Source of the DNA: Deltaproteobacteria bacterium
GTDB taxonomy: Bacteria > Desulfobacterota > Binatia > Binatales > Binataceae
DNA length: 53,623 bases
Direction of reading: 5' to 3'
Assembly: GCA_021827495.1 (NCBI GenBank)
Contig: JAKAVN010000004.1
Span: 1-53,623 of the forward strand
Made by a program: the position numbers and the translations under genes. This document shows positions 36,358-45,211 of the stretch, one piece after another; the stretch's first letter is position 1; every line of letters begins with the position of its first letter. Under the pieces are notes generated by a model. That model was not told where the DNA came from, ran no database searches, and was given only the letters and a program-made list of their open reading frames with translations.

Positions 36358-37596
36358 ATGGTGATGCGGGTGTTGCATATCATCCCGAGTCTCGCGGCGC
36401 GCGACGGAGGGCCAACCAAAGCAGTGGTCGAGATGTGCCGCGAACTCGTCCGCCGCGGCCATCAGGCTGCCATCTACACTACCAATCTGGATGGGGCCGG
36501 CGAACTGGATGTTCCGCTCGAAGTGCCGGTCAACGTTATGGGGGCGCAGGTAAGGTACTTTTCCGTGGGCGCGAGCAAGTACTATAAAATCTCGAGTCGT
36601 CTGGCGGCGGCTTTACGTAGTGAGATACCCAATTGCAGCGTCGTCCATATTCACTCGCTGTATCAATTTCCTTCGACCATCGCAGCCCATTATTGCCGGC
36701 GCTTTCGGGTTCCCTACCTGATACAGCCACACGGCGTCCTCGATCCATTCATGTACCGCCATCATAGGTTGCGCAAATGGTTGTACGAAATTCTGATCGA
36801 GCGGCGCAATTTGAAAGGTGCGGCGGCGGTTCACTTCACTACTCGCGACGAGATGGCCCTTGCCCGTTCGCACGGCTTGATCTTCCGCAGCGCCGTCGTG
36901 CCGCTCGGCGTGGGCCTGGAGCAGGACGGCACCGCCGACGGCGCGCTGCTTCGCCGGGCATTTCCAGAAACCTTCGGCAAGCGGCTCATTTTGTTTTTTG
37001 GCAGGCTGAACTTCAAAAAGGGGCTCGACATTCTGGCTCATGCGTTTGGTGAGGTCGGCCGGCGATGCGACGATGTTCATCTGGTTATCGGCGGGCCCGA
37101 CAATGACGGCTACAGCCGGGAGGTCAAGGATTGGCTGCGCGGCGAGGGAGTGCTCGCAAAGACCACTTTCGCTGGTATGCTCCTTGGCGAGCTCAAAGCC
37201 GCGACGCTGGCTGCGGCTGATCTATTTGTGCTTCCCTCGTACACCGAGAACTTCGGCATCGCGGTGGTCGAGGCGATGGCGGCCGGATTGCCGGTGGTGA
37301 TTTCCAACAAGGTCAACATTTGGCGCGAGGTCGAAGAGGCGGGCGCGGGCTTGGTGGTAAATCCGGAGGCGCATGAAGTAGCCGGTGCAATTTTGAAATT
37401 GCTGGAAGAGCCGACGCTGGGGAAAAAGATGGGCGAGCGCGGTAGGCGTTTGGCTCGCGAGAGCTTTTCATGGGATGCGGCTGGCGATCAGCTCGTCGCG
37501 CTCTACACAAGGATTATCTCCGGGCAACCCCACGCCGGCGCGGCGGCTCCGTTTCCGGCTCCTGCCAGACAACAACCGCCGCGCCAGATGCCATGA
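36358..37596 (+). CDS. Glycosyltransferase family 4
   Basis: GGPTKAV, VHIHSLY, PHGVLDP, FFGRLNFKKGLD and LPSYTENFGIAVVEAMAAG. Confidence 0.92.
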   Translation: MVMRVLHIIPSLAARDGGPTKAVVEMCRELVRRGHQAAIYTTNLDGAGELDVPLEVPVNVMGAQVRYFSVGASKYYKISSRLAAALRSEIPNCSVVHIHSLYQFPSTIAAHYCRRFRVPYLIQPHGVLDPFMYRHHRLRKWLYEILIERRNLKGAAAVHFTTRDEMALARSHGLIFRSAVVPLGVGLEQDGTADGALLRRAFPETFGKRLILFFGRLNFKKGLDILAHAFGEVGRRCDDVHLVIGGPDNDGYSREVKDWLRGEGVLAKTTFAGMLLGELKAATLAAADLFVLPSYTENFGIAVVEAMAAGLPVVISNKVNIWREVEEAGAGLVVNPEAHEVAGAILKLLEEPTLGKKMGERGRRLARESFSWDAAGDQLVALYTRIISGQPHAGAAAPFPAPARQQPPRQMP

Positions 37597-38537
37597 AAGT
37601 CCCTCTGTCCTTCATAATTCCGGCCCGCAACGAAGAGCGCAACATCCGCGCTGCCATCGAATCGGTCGCCGATTGGGCTGATCAGTTCTTCGTTCTCGAT
37701 TCGTATAGTGAAGATCGCACCATAGAGATTGCCGAGGAGATGGGCGCGCAGATTGCGCGCAGGCGCTTCGACAATTTCTCCGCGCAAAAGAACTGGGCGC
37801 TCGACAATCTGCCCTTGCGCAATGAATGGGTGTTTTTTCTCGACGCCGACGAGCGCGTCCCGTTTGGCCTCAGACGCGAGCTCAAACACTTACTCTCGCA
37901 TCCCGCCGGTCAATTGGATGGGTACTATGTAGGCATGAAGCACCTGTTTATGGGAGCGACCGTCAATCACGGAGGATGGTATCCGAACGATAGACTGTTG
38001 CTATTCAAGCACCGGCTCGGGCGATACGAGCCTCGCATTGTCCACGAGCATCTTATCCTGCAAGGCAAGACAGGGAGGCTGGCAAACCTTTTGATTCATG
38101 ACGACCGAAAGGGCATTCACCGCTATTTTGAGCGGCACAACGCGTACTCCACTATGGAGGCGCTTGAGGCGCATCGATATCTCCATAGGGATCAGGCTGG
38201 AGTCTCGCTCAGGGCAAGTCTACTGGGCGCCGCCCCGGAGCGCCGGCGTTTGCTCAAGCAGTGGGCGTATAGACATCTCCCGTGCCGGCCACTGTGCAAG
38301 TTTCTGTGGGCATATGTTCTTGAGCGGGGATTCCTGGACGGCCGCGTCGGCCTGCGCTACTGCCTGCTTCAGTCGTTCTATGAATATCAAATTAGCCTGA
38401 AGCTTCTGGAGCTGCGGACCGACCCGGAATCGCCGATGCTCAAATATGGGTCTGCTGACAGGGCGGCGGCCGCGTCCGATGGCGGCGCGGATGACATCAG
38501 TGCGCAAGGAGTGGGCGCCGCGGCTATGCATCGATGA
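37593..38537 (+). CDS. Glycosyltransferase family 2
   Basis: IPARNEERNI, VLDSYSEDRT, QKNWAL, FLDADER and IVHEH. ATGA-coupled start at 37593. Confidence 0.9.
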   Translation: MKVPLSFIIPARNEERNIRAAIESVADWADQFFVLDSYSEDRTIEIAEEMGAQIARRRFDNFSAQKNWALDNLPLRNEWVFFLDADERVPFGLRRELKHLLSHPAGQLDGYYVGMKHLFMGATVNHGGWYPNDRLLLFKHRLGRYEPRIVHEHLILQGKTGRLANLLIHDDRKGIHRYFERHNAYSTMEALEAHRYLHRDQAGVSLRASLLGAAPERRRLLKQWAYRHLPCRPLCKFLWAYVLERGFLDGRVGLRYCLLQSFYEYQISLKLLELRTDPESPMLKYGSADRAAAASDGGADDISAQGVGAAAMHR

Positions 38538-39427
38538 ATAGCCATCTGTACAGGGTTCGTGAACGATTTCATCCCTTAAACCATCTGTGGGGGCATCGGC
38601 TGAGCCGCAGGATATTGCGGGCGATAGACATTCCGGTATGGGCCAAGCTCCCCGGCGTGGACGGAAAGGTAAGAGTGCGGCTCGTTCGCCACGCCAGTGC
38701 TTTTTTGCTGCCGGGCGGAGTGGAACCCGGCATGGCCGCGCTATTTTGCGCAATCGCAAAGAGGATTGGGATTCGGTCTTTGTGGGACGTAGGCGCGAAC
38801 GTCGGCTATTATAGCTGGCTAACCAAGAGCATCGCTCCCGCAGCCGCGGTTCGGATGTTCGAGCCGGAGCCTGACAATATCGTGCTCATCCACCGGACGA
38901 TGCGCCGCATGGCGCTCAGCGAGATGACCTTGCGCGAGGTGGCGGTTAGCGACACGCACGCGCAGCAGTCCTTCGTGCGTGACGAGATATCGGGTTCAAC
39001 CGGCGGGATCCAGCAGAATGGAAGCACCTTTTCGTTGCGGCAATGGGGAGTGGCTGGAAAAACCGTAACAGTCAATACGGTGTCGCTCGACGAGGAGCGG
39101 GATCGCGTTGGACCGGTGGACCTGATCAAAATAGACGTCGAGGGTCATGAAGAGGCGGTGATCCGTGGTGGCCGCGGGACGATCGAGCATGACCAGCCGA
39201 TTGTGATTTTCGAGTGCTTTCACGGAGGCGCCGAGATAATCGGTTTCCTCTCATCGCTCCGCTACTGGGTCGGCGACGCGGAACGGATGAATGACGGCAT
39301 GGCCGCGGCCAGTAATTTCCTGGCTCTGCCGGAACGATATCGCTCAAGGCTCGAGGCGCTAAAGCAGAGCTGGGCCGCTGAGATGGAGCGGAGGCCGGCC
39401 CGCTATCACGCGAGAATATATCGATGA
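38534..39427 (+). CDS. FkbM family methyltransferase
   Basis: WDVGANVGYYS, FEPEPDN, DLIKIDVEGHE and PIVIFE motifs. Confidence 0.9.
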   Translation: MNSHLYRVRERFHPLNHLWGHRLSRRILRAIDIPVWAKLPGVDGKVRVRLVRHASAFLLPGGVEPGMAALFCAIAKRIGIRSLWDVGANVGYYSWLTKSIAPAAAVRMFEPEPDNIVLIHRTMRRMALSEMTLREVAVSDTHAQQSFVRDEISGSTGGIQQNGSTFSLRQWGVAGKTVTVNTVSLDEERDRVGPVDLIKIDVEGHEEAVIRGGRGTIEHDQPIVIFECFHGGAEIIGFLSSLRYWVGDAERMNDGMAAASNFLALPERYRSRLEALKQSWAAEMERRPARYHARIYR

Positions 39428-40257
39428 CGCCGCATGGAAGGTCACAGGCCGGGGCGGCGGCCGGGCGTCCCACGCTGGAGCGAGCGGAAGTTGACGGCGC
39501 CTGGTCGCGGCAGCGGCATTTCTACGAGGAAGAGTGCGACCCCGAGTTCGAGATCGCCCGTCCCCACAACTGCGGACGCCTCTATCAGTTCCTGATCGAG
39601 TATAAGTTTCAGGCCGGCTTGGAGGTGCTTGGCCTAAAGCTCGCGGGGCGCTCGGTGCTCGAGCTGTGTTGCGGCTCGGGCATGATGTCGGAGAAATTTG
39701 CGCGCGCCGGCGCCACAGTCACCGGGATCGATTTCTCCCCGGCCGCGATCGCCCGCGCGCGCGAACGCGCCCGGCGCTACCGGTTTGCCGCCCGTTTCCT
39801 CGTTGCCGATGCTGAGAACCTCGCCTTTCCCGGCCGCAGCTTTGACATAGTCGCCGTCCACGACGGCCTTCATCATCTTGGCGAGCCGCGCCAGGCAATA
39901 CGTGAGATGGCGCGTGTTGCACGTGAGGCCGTACTGATTCTCGATCCGGCCCGTGCCGCACTTACGAGAGTAGCAATACGACTGGGTATCGCCGCCGAGA
40001 TGGAAGAGGCCGGCAATGAGGTTAAGCGCCTGGTGCCCGGCGAGGTCGCCACGGCTGTGCGGGAGCAGGGTTACGGCAACGTCCGTTGGCGGCGGACTCT
40101 CATGTACTATCCGCATCAGCCGTCCGGATGGTTCCGGTGGTTCGAGCGCACGCCGGCGTTTGCCGCCTTTCGCGCGGCCTTTTGGTGCACGGATGTTGTG
40201 TTGGGCCGATGGGGGAACAAGCTGGCGCTCGGCGCGCGTCGGGCTGCGCCAGACTGA
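39424..40257 (+). CDS. Class I SAM-dependent methyltransferase
   Basis: VLELCCGSG, VTGIDFS, DAENLAFPGRSFDIV and LHHL motifs. Confidence 0.88.
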   Translation: MTPHGRSQAGAAAGRPTLERAEVDGAWSRQRHFYEEECDPEFEIARPHNCGRLYQFLIEYKFQAGLEVLGLKLAGRSVLELCCGSGMMSEKFARAGATVTGIDFSPAAIARARERARRYRFAARFLVADAENLAFPGRSFDIVAVHDGLHHLGEPRQAIREMARVAREAVLILDPARAALTRVAIRLGIAAEMEEAGNEVKRLVPGEVATAVREQGYGNVRWRRTLMYYPHQPSGWFRWFERTPAFAAFRAAFWCTDVVLGRWGNKLALGARRAAPD

Positions 40258-40338
40258 GCTAATAACTGAGCGTTGAAATAGTGTTTTACCAGCACCCGGC
40301 ATCGCTAACGGCAGATCCCCCGCTGATTATTCCGTGTT

Positions 40339-41109
40339 ATGTCAGCTAGAGGCAAGTCCTTGGTCAGCAACCTCGAATGGAAACGGTGGGGCGCGGCGGA
40401 TCCATTGTGGGCTGTCGCCGCCTGGGCAGGCAAGCAGCGTAATGGCCCCGAACCTTGGAATGAAACGGACTTTTACGCGCTTGGGTACTCGGATTGGCTG
40501 GATTTCCGCAGGCGTTGGGAGCGGTATGGTGTGGACCGCACGAGCTGTGCCGAGATCGGTTGCGGGGCCGGCAGAATTACAGCTCAATTGGTTCAGTATT
40601 TCGGTACGGTCCACGGCTTGGATGTCTCCGAGGGGATGCTGGATTTCGCCAGGTGCCGGATCGCCGATGCGCGGTTTTACCTGACCGATGGGATGCGCAT
40701 TCCCTTGGATGATGTTTCAATAACCGCTGTTTTCTCGAGCCATGTGCTGCAGCATCTCGATTCTCCCGAAGATTCGATTCCCATGTTCGCCGAGATTTAT
40801 CGCGTGTTGGTTCCCAATTGTACCATGATGATTCACTTGCCCATCTATAATTGGCCATCAGGGCGCGGACTGTTCGAGCGCTTGTTTGTTGCCCGCCAAT
40901 GGTTGGCCCGGCAAAAGGCCAGAGTGGATCGCGCGCGGGGTAGGCCGATGATGAGAGGCACTTTCTATGAGGCCGGTTGGCTGGCGGAGATTCTCAAGAA
41001 ACGGGGGTTTGTGAATGTGGAGTTCCTGAGCTTTCCGGTGTCTTCGAATGGCGGCCTGCATTCGTTTGTTCTAGCCAGGAAGCCCGCCGGAGATGGCAGC
41101 CAGGCGTGA
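40339..41109 (+). CDS. Class I SAM-dependent methyltransferase
   Basis: AEIGCGAGRI, GLDVSEGML and VFSSHVLQHL motifs. Confidence 0.88.
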   Translation: MSARGKSLVSNLEWKRWGAADPLWAVAAWAGKQRNGPEPWNETDFYALGYSDWLDFRRRWERYGVDRTSCAEIGCGAGRITAQLVQYFGTVHGLDVSEGMLDFARCRIADARFYLTDGMRIPLDDVSITAVFSSHVLQHLDSPEDSIPMFAEIYRVLVPNCTMMIHLPIYNWPSGRGLFERLFVARQWLARQKARVDRARGRPMMRGTFYEAGWLAEILKKRGFVNVEFLSFPVSSNGGLHSFVLARKPAGDGSQA

Positions 41110-41364
41110 GCGCGAGCGAATGTGTTTACGCGCTTGGCGCCATCAGCGCCTCGATCTCGAAAATGACGAAGCGACGCTGTTCAAGTCCGCCGCGCTCGGC
41201 GTCGAGAAAGTGGCCCATCGGTCCATGGTTGTTGACCTGAACAAGCTGCTCGCCGCGCCGCGGACCGGAGCGCACACGGTCGCCCCGACCTACAATCTGG
41301 TGACGAACGGAGTATTGACCTTTGTAAGCGTCCACTAATCGCGAGCATTGGTCCGATTGGATTA

Positions 41365-41406
41365 CGGGCGTGGGGCGCGTTGGCGCTCCACGCCCGGTTT
41401 GTTTTC
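41365..41406 (+). terminator. Intrinsic terminator at the end of the polysaccharide operon
   Basis: 14-bp stem cgggcgtggggcgc / gcgctccacgcccg with a 4-nt loop, followed by gtttgttttc. Confidence 0.8.
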
Positions 41407-41546
41407 AGTGCTCGCCGCCAAGCCCGGAGCGCCCGAGCAAAAGACTTCACAAGGTTGAGGATTATTGACGCTTAGAAGTGTTGCCTCTTCCATTTTTTTG
41501 GACTAGGCTTCGGCCGAACCTTAACTCTAGGCGGGGAGAAAATTCT

Positions 41547-42905
41547 ATGTCCAAGGGCTTCTATCGGCCCCAAATGCTTGGGTTCGCCGCTCTTTCCTTG
41601 GTGCTGGCGCTGATCCTCGGGGCCTGTGGCCCCGACAGTCACGGGCACGCGAAGGCGCCGGCGCCCATACCGACCGCTTCGCCCACGCCGACACCTGTGG
41701 CGCCGACGGCGTGTCTGCCTTCCAGCTCGATGTCGGTGCTGGTGCAGGGTACCAACGTCCTTTCTTACGTTCCCAAGGGCGCCTGGGACGGAGGCACTAC
41801 TGGCGTTTCGTTGATACAGGTGGAAGGCACGGGCACCACGCCGGCCGTAATCACCACCCCCCACGTCGTGAACTCATGCTCTTCCAACTCGACGACGGGT
41901 CAGACGGTATGTACCGCGAATAATGCCGGCGTCTATCTGATCACGGGATCGACGCTGACCAGCAAGCTGACTAGCGGCGGCAGTGGGACAATTCATTTCT
42001 CCGGGGGCTCCTGCACAAACTGCGGCGTGGTTTTCAATGAGGAGACCAACTAGGCGGCGATAGGACTCAGCATCGCCGGCCACGCCGGATTCCAATTCCT
42101 GGATCTGGCGGGCTCGACGCCCACCTTTGAGCCTGCGTTTAAGTCAGAGTCCTCTTCGCAGGAGATTTCGGAAGACATAGCGATAGACCCCGTTCGCCAT
42201 CTGCTGCTGTCGCCCTCCGAAGCCAGCAATTACGAGATCGTCAACACAGCCACCACCACTTCGCCTCAATTCTTCGAGAACAACACATCGTCGGACGCCT
42301 CTTTAAGGGGGGAGTACGATTCGGCCGCGGAAGACTGTACTACTGGCGTGGCGCTGGCGTCGGACGAGTTTACGGGCGCCGTCTTTCTTGCCGACTTGAA
42401 CCAGGCCACGTTCACGCCCGGCTCTCCCGCGGGGATTTGGACAGCGCCTGAGCAGTTACAAAACTTTCCCGAGTTCGCGGATTTCTTTGCAGGTACCGAC
42501 GGAATCGCGGTGGCAGGTGACTCCCACATCGCGGTCGTGAACGGTGAGTTCGGCGGAAATCACTTTGGCGCCATCCAGCTACCAACTACTCCCGGCACCG
42601 GAGGCACGATTCCCGCCGCTTCGGACTATATAGCCTGCACCATCCCCAATACTCCCGGAGGAACCTGGAGCACGGGTGATGACCCGCACACCACGACAGC
42701 CTATGTCAGCCCGAATACAAACGACGCCATTGCGCTCGTGGCCAATTCGAAGCCTCCGACTTTTGTTGCGGTGATCGACATGACCAAGCTGCTCAATCAT
42801 ACGATGGTACCGCGTATAAAGAACGGCTTTCCCAGCAAGCACACGTGCTCTCCGTCCGTCAATCTCGTGACCGCGGGCGTCGTGAGGTTCGTCGCCGTGC
42901 CGTAA
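41547..42905 (+). pseudogene. Secreted lipoprotein (beta-rich, Cys/Thr/Ser-rich) interrupted by one in-frame TAG at 42051
   Basis: Lipobox LILGAC and PTPTP linker. ORFs 41478..42053 and 42348..42905 are in the same frame, and the 98 codons between the TAG and 42348 are open with protein-like content. Confidence 0.8.
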
Positions 42906-42934
42906 GGCCCGGGCAGCTCGACTCTACACAAAGA

Positions 42935-42976
42935 CGCGACGGCGACCGCCTGACTGCGGTCGCCGTCGCGCTTTTC
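42935..42976 (+). terminator. Intrinsic terminator after the lipoprotein gene
   Basis: Perfect 15-bp stem cgcgacggcgaccgc / gcggtcgccgtcgcg with a 6-nt loop, followed by cttttc. Confidence 0.8.
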
Positions 42977-43226
42977 GGGGCATCGCGTGATCCCGCGCAG
43001 GCGGAGAGTCGTCGCTTGTTCCCCCTGCGCGTCGCGCTGACAAGATGGCCGGGTGCGGGTCTATCTAACCCCTATCGAGGGTCGTGGAGTGACGCGCCCG
43101 ACCATCGCGAGGCCGACCCCGGTCAATTCGTGCCCGGCGAACAGCGCGACCGGGACCATCATCTTGCAGCGCAAACAATCATAATGGCTGCCTGATAAAC
43201 GGAGCGACCCTGACGAAGACTGCAGT

Positions 43227-44027
43227 TCACTGACCGCGGAACTTGGGCGGGCGCTTTTCCAGAAACGCCGCGATACCCTCGAGGCCATCGGCGGTGCGGC
43301 CCATCTCGGCGATCCACTCGGTTTCGAGTTCCATCTGGTCCTCGAGCGTTCTGGTCGCGCTCTCGGCGAAGAGCCGCTTGACCCCCACGTAGGCGCGCGT
43401 CGGGCCCTGCGCGAAGCCTTTCGCCAGTCCTTCCGCAGTCGCCATCAGCTCTTCGTCAGGCACTACGCGGGTCACGATGCCCAGCTCGTAGGCCTCGCGC
43501 GCCGAGAGCACGCGGTTGTTGAGCGTCAAGTCCATCGCACGCCTGAGGCCCACGATGCGCGGCAGAAAGTAGCTCGACGATCCATCGGGCGTGAGTCCGA
43601 CCCGCGTGTAGGCCATCGTGAACCGCGCCGACTCCGCCGCAATTACGATGTCGCCCGCGCACGCGAGACTCATCCCGGCCCCGCCCGCCGCGCCCTGGAT
43701 CGCCAGTACCACCGGCGCCTTCATCCGGCTCAAGCGCGAGATCGCCTTGTGCAGGTGAAAGGTGACCTTCTTCAGATAGGTCGGCAGCATCTCCTTGGGC
43801 TGTGCGGCGAAGCTCTTGAGGTCGCCGCCGGCGCAAAAGAGCTTGCCCGCCGCGTTAATCAGCACCGCGCGGACCGTAGGGTCTTCCTCGCAGCGCAGCG
43901 ACACTTCCATCAAGTCGTGCGCGAGTTCGGCATTGAGCGCGTTGGCGGCATCGGGCCGGTTGAGCGTGATGTGAGCGACGTTGTTGCGCACGTCGAAGAG
44001 CAGCGTCGAATATTCATTGTCTGGCAT
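43227..44027 (-). CDS. Enoyl-CoA hydratase/isomerase family protein (PaaG-like)
   Basis: ITLNRPDAANAL, FCAGGDLK, GAAGGAGMSLACAGD and YTRVGLTPDG motifs. Confidence 0.93.
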   Translation of the reverse strand: MPDNEYSTLLFDVRNNVAHITLNRPDAANALNAELAHDLMEVSLRCEEDPTVRAVLINAAGKLFCAGGDLKSFAAQPKEMLPTYLKKVTFHLHKAISRLSRMKAPVVLAIQGAAGGAGMSLACAGDIVIAAESARFTMAYTRVGLTPDGSSSYFLPRIVGLRRAMDLTLNNRVLSAREAYELGIVTRVVPDEELMATAEGLAKGFAQGPTRAYVGVKRLFAESATRTLEDQMELETEWIAEMGRTADGLEGIAAFLEKRPPKFRGQ

Positions 44028-44112
44028 GTTTTCCTCCGGGCCTTTGGCGGATCCTCCGCGTAATTACGTAATTAGATCAACCGGGGCGCGTTGGTGCAAC
44101 CGCCGCGCACTG

Positions 44113-45006
44113 CTAAAGCGCGCGGTACCACGCGGCGAGCGCTTCTCCGATCTCGTGCGGCGAATCCTCCTGGATGAAGTGGATGCCCTTGACGGTGACC
44201 TCGCGCTGATTGGGCCAGCGCCGGCAAAACTCGCGTTGCGCGCCAATCAGGATCGCGCCTGGTTCGGCGTTGATGAAAAGCTTCGCCACGGGGCTGTGGG
44301 ATAGCCACGCGGCGTATTCGTTGACGATGGCGGCGACGTCGGCGGGCTCGCCGTCGAGCGGAATCTGGCGCGGCCAGGTAAGCATCGGGCGGCGCGGCTC
44401 GCCCGGCGCAAGGAACGGGCGGCGGTAGGCTTCCATCTCGGCGCCGGTGAGTTTCCGGATCACGCTGCCGGGTAGAATGCGCTCGACGAAGGTGTTGCGC
44501 TGCAAAATCAGATCCTCGCCGGCCGGCGAGCGCAGCGCCTCGAACAGCGGGCGCGCCTGGCCGTTCCATTCGCTCCACTTAAGCGGCCGCACGATCGCCT
44601 CCATATAAACGATTCCCTTGACCGCGGCGGAATGGCGCCTGGCCCAATGGAAACCCAGCGCCGATCCCCAATCGTGAACCACCAGCGTAACCCTCTGCTG
44701 TGCGAGGTCGAGCGCGGCGAACCATGCGTCGAGGTAACGGACATGGTCGGTCAGCCGGTACGAGCCATCGGGCGCTTGGCCCGAATCGCCCATCCCCGCG
44801 AGGTCCGGCGCTAGGCATCGCGCCTGCGGCGCCAGGTGCGGGATGATGTTGCGCCAGAGGTAGGATGAGGTCGGGTTGCCGTGGAGAAAGACGATCGGAT
44901 CGCGCTGCGCGCCCGCGCCGGTGTCGACGTAAGCTATCTCGACGCCCGCGGCGGCGAGCCGTTTGCGCGGATGGGAATCGGCCGGCGCGATTGAGGCGTC
45001 GCTCAT
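44113..45006 (-). CDS. dhaA: Haloalkane dehalogenase (HLD-II, LinB/DhaA type)
   Basis: FLHGNPTSSYLWRN (halide Asn); VHDWG (nucleophile Asp + Trp); YMEA (acid Glu); RRPMLTWPRQIP; GIHFIQEDSP (base His). Start ATG 45006. Confidence 0.9.
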   Translation of the reverse strand: MSDASIAPADSHPRKRLAAAGVEIAYVDTGAGAQRDPIVFLHGNPTSSYLWRNIIPHLAPQARCLAPDLAGMGDSGQAPDGSYRLTDHVRYLDAWFAALDLAQQRVTLVVHDWGSALGFHWARRHSAAVKGIVYMEAIVRPLKWSEWNGQARPLFEALRSPAGEDLILQRNTFVERILPGSVIRKLTGAEMEAYRRPFLAPGEPRRPMLTWPRQIPLDGEPADVAAIVNEYAAWLSHSPVAKLFINAEPGAILIGAQREFCRRWPNQREVTVKGIHFIQEDSPHEIGEALAAWYRAL

Positions 45007-45211
45007 CGCTATCGCTCCTGGGGTGCCGCTTTTCGCGAGCGGCCGCTTTATAGAGATACGACCCAGGGCGCAGGTCGCGCAAGCCACGCGCAGCATCGTC
45101 CGAAGCGAGGCGGGTGCGCGGCGGCAAACGGCCAATCGCGCGATTCAGGTTGCCTCTTGAGGGCGCGCGGTTGCACAATTGTCGCGCACGAGCAGCGGAG
45201 GACAATCAGCC

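Noticed and set aside
15328-42053. Genome-wide amber recoding, suggested by two in-frame TAGs (15328 and 42051)
   Set aside because: TAG terminates many intact genes here (803, 9294, 12800, 25094, 30290, 53134), and the 15328 case lies in an obviously decayed fragment.
42990-43200. Short ORFs between the lipoprotein terminator and the enoyl-CoA hydratase
   Set aside because: No frame shows recognisable homology or a convincing SD and start.
45161-45176. GG-N10-TTGCA upstream of the FAD oxidoreductase
   Set aside because: Spacing is right, but the -24 element (aGGgcgc) lacks the CAC/CAY core. Too weak to call.
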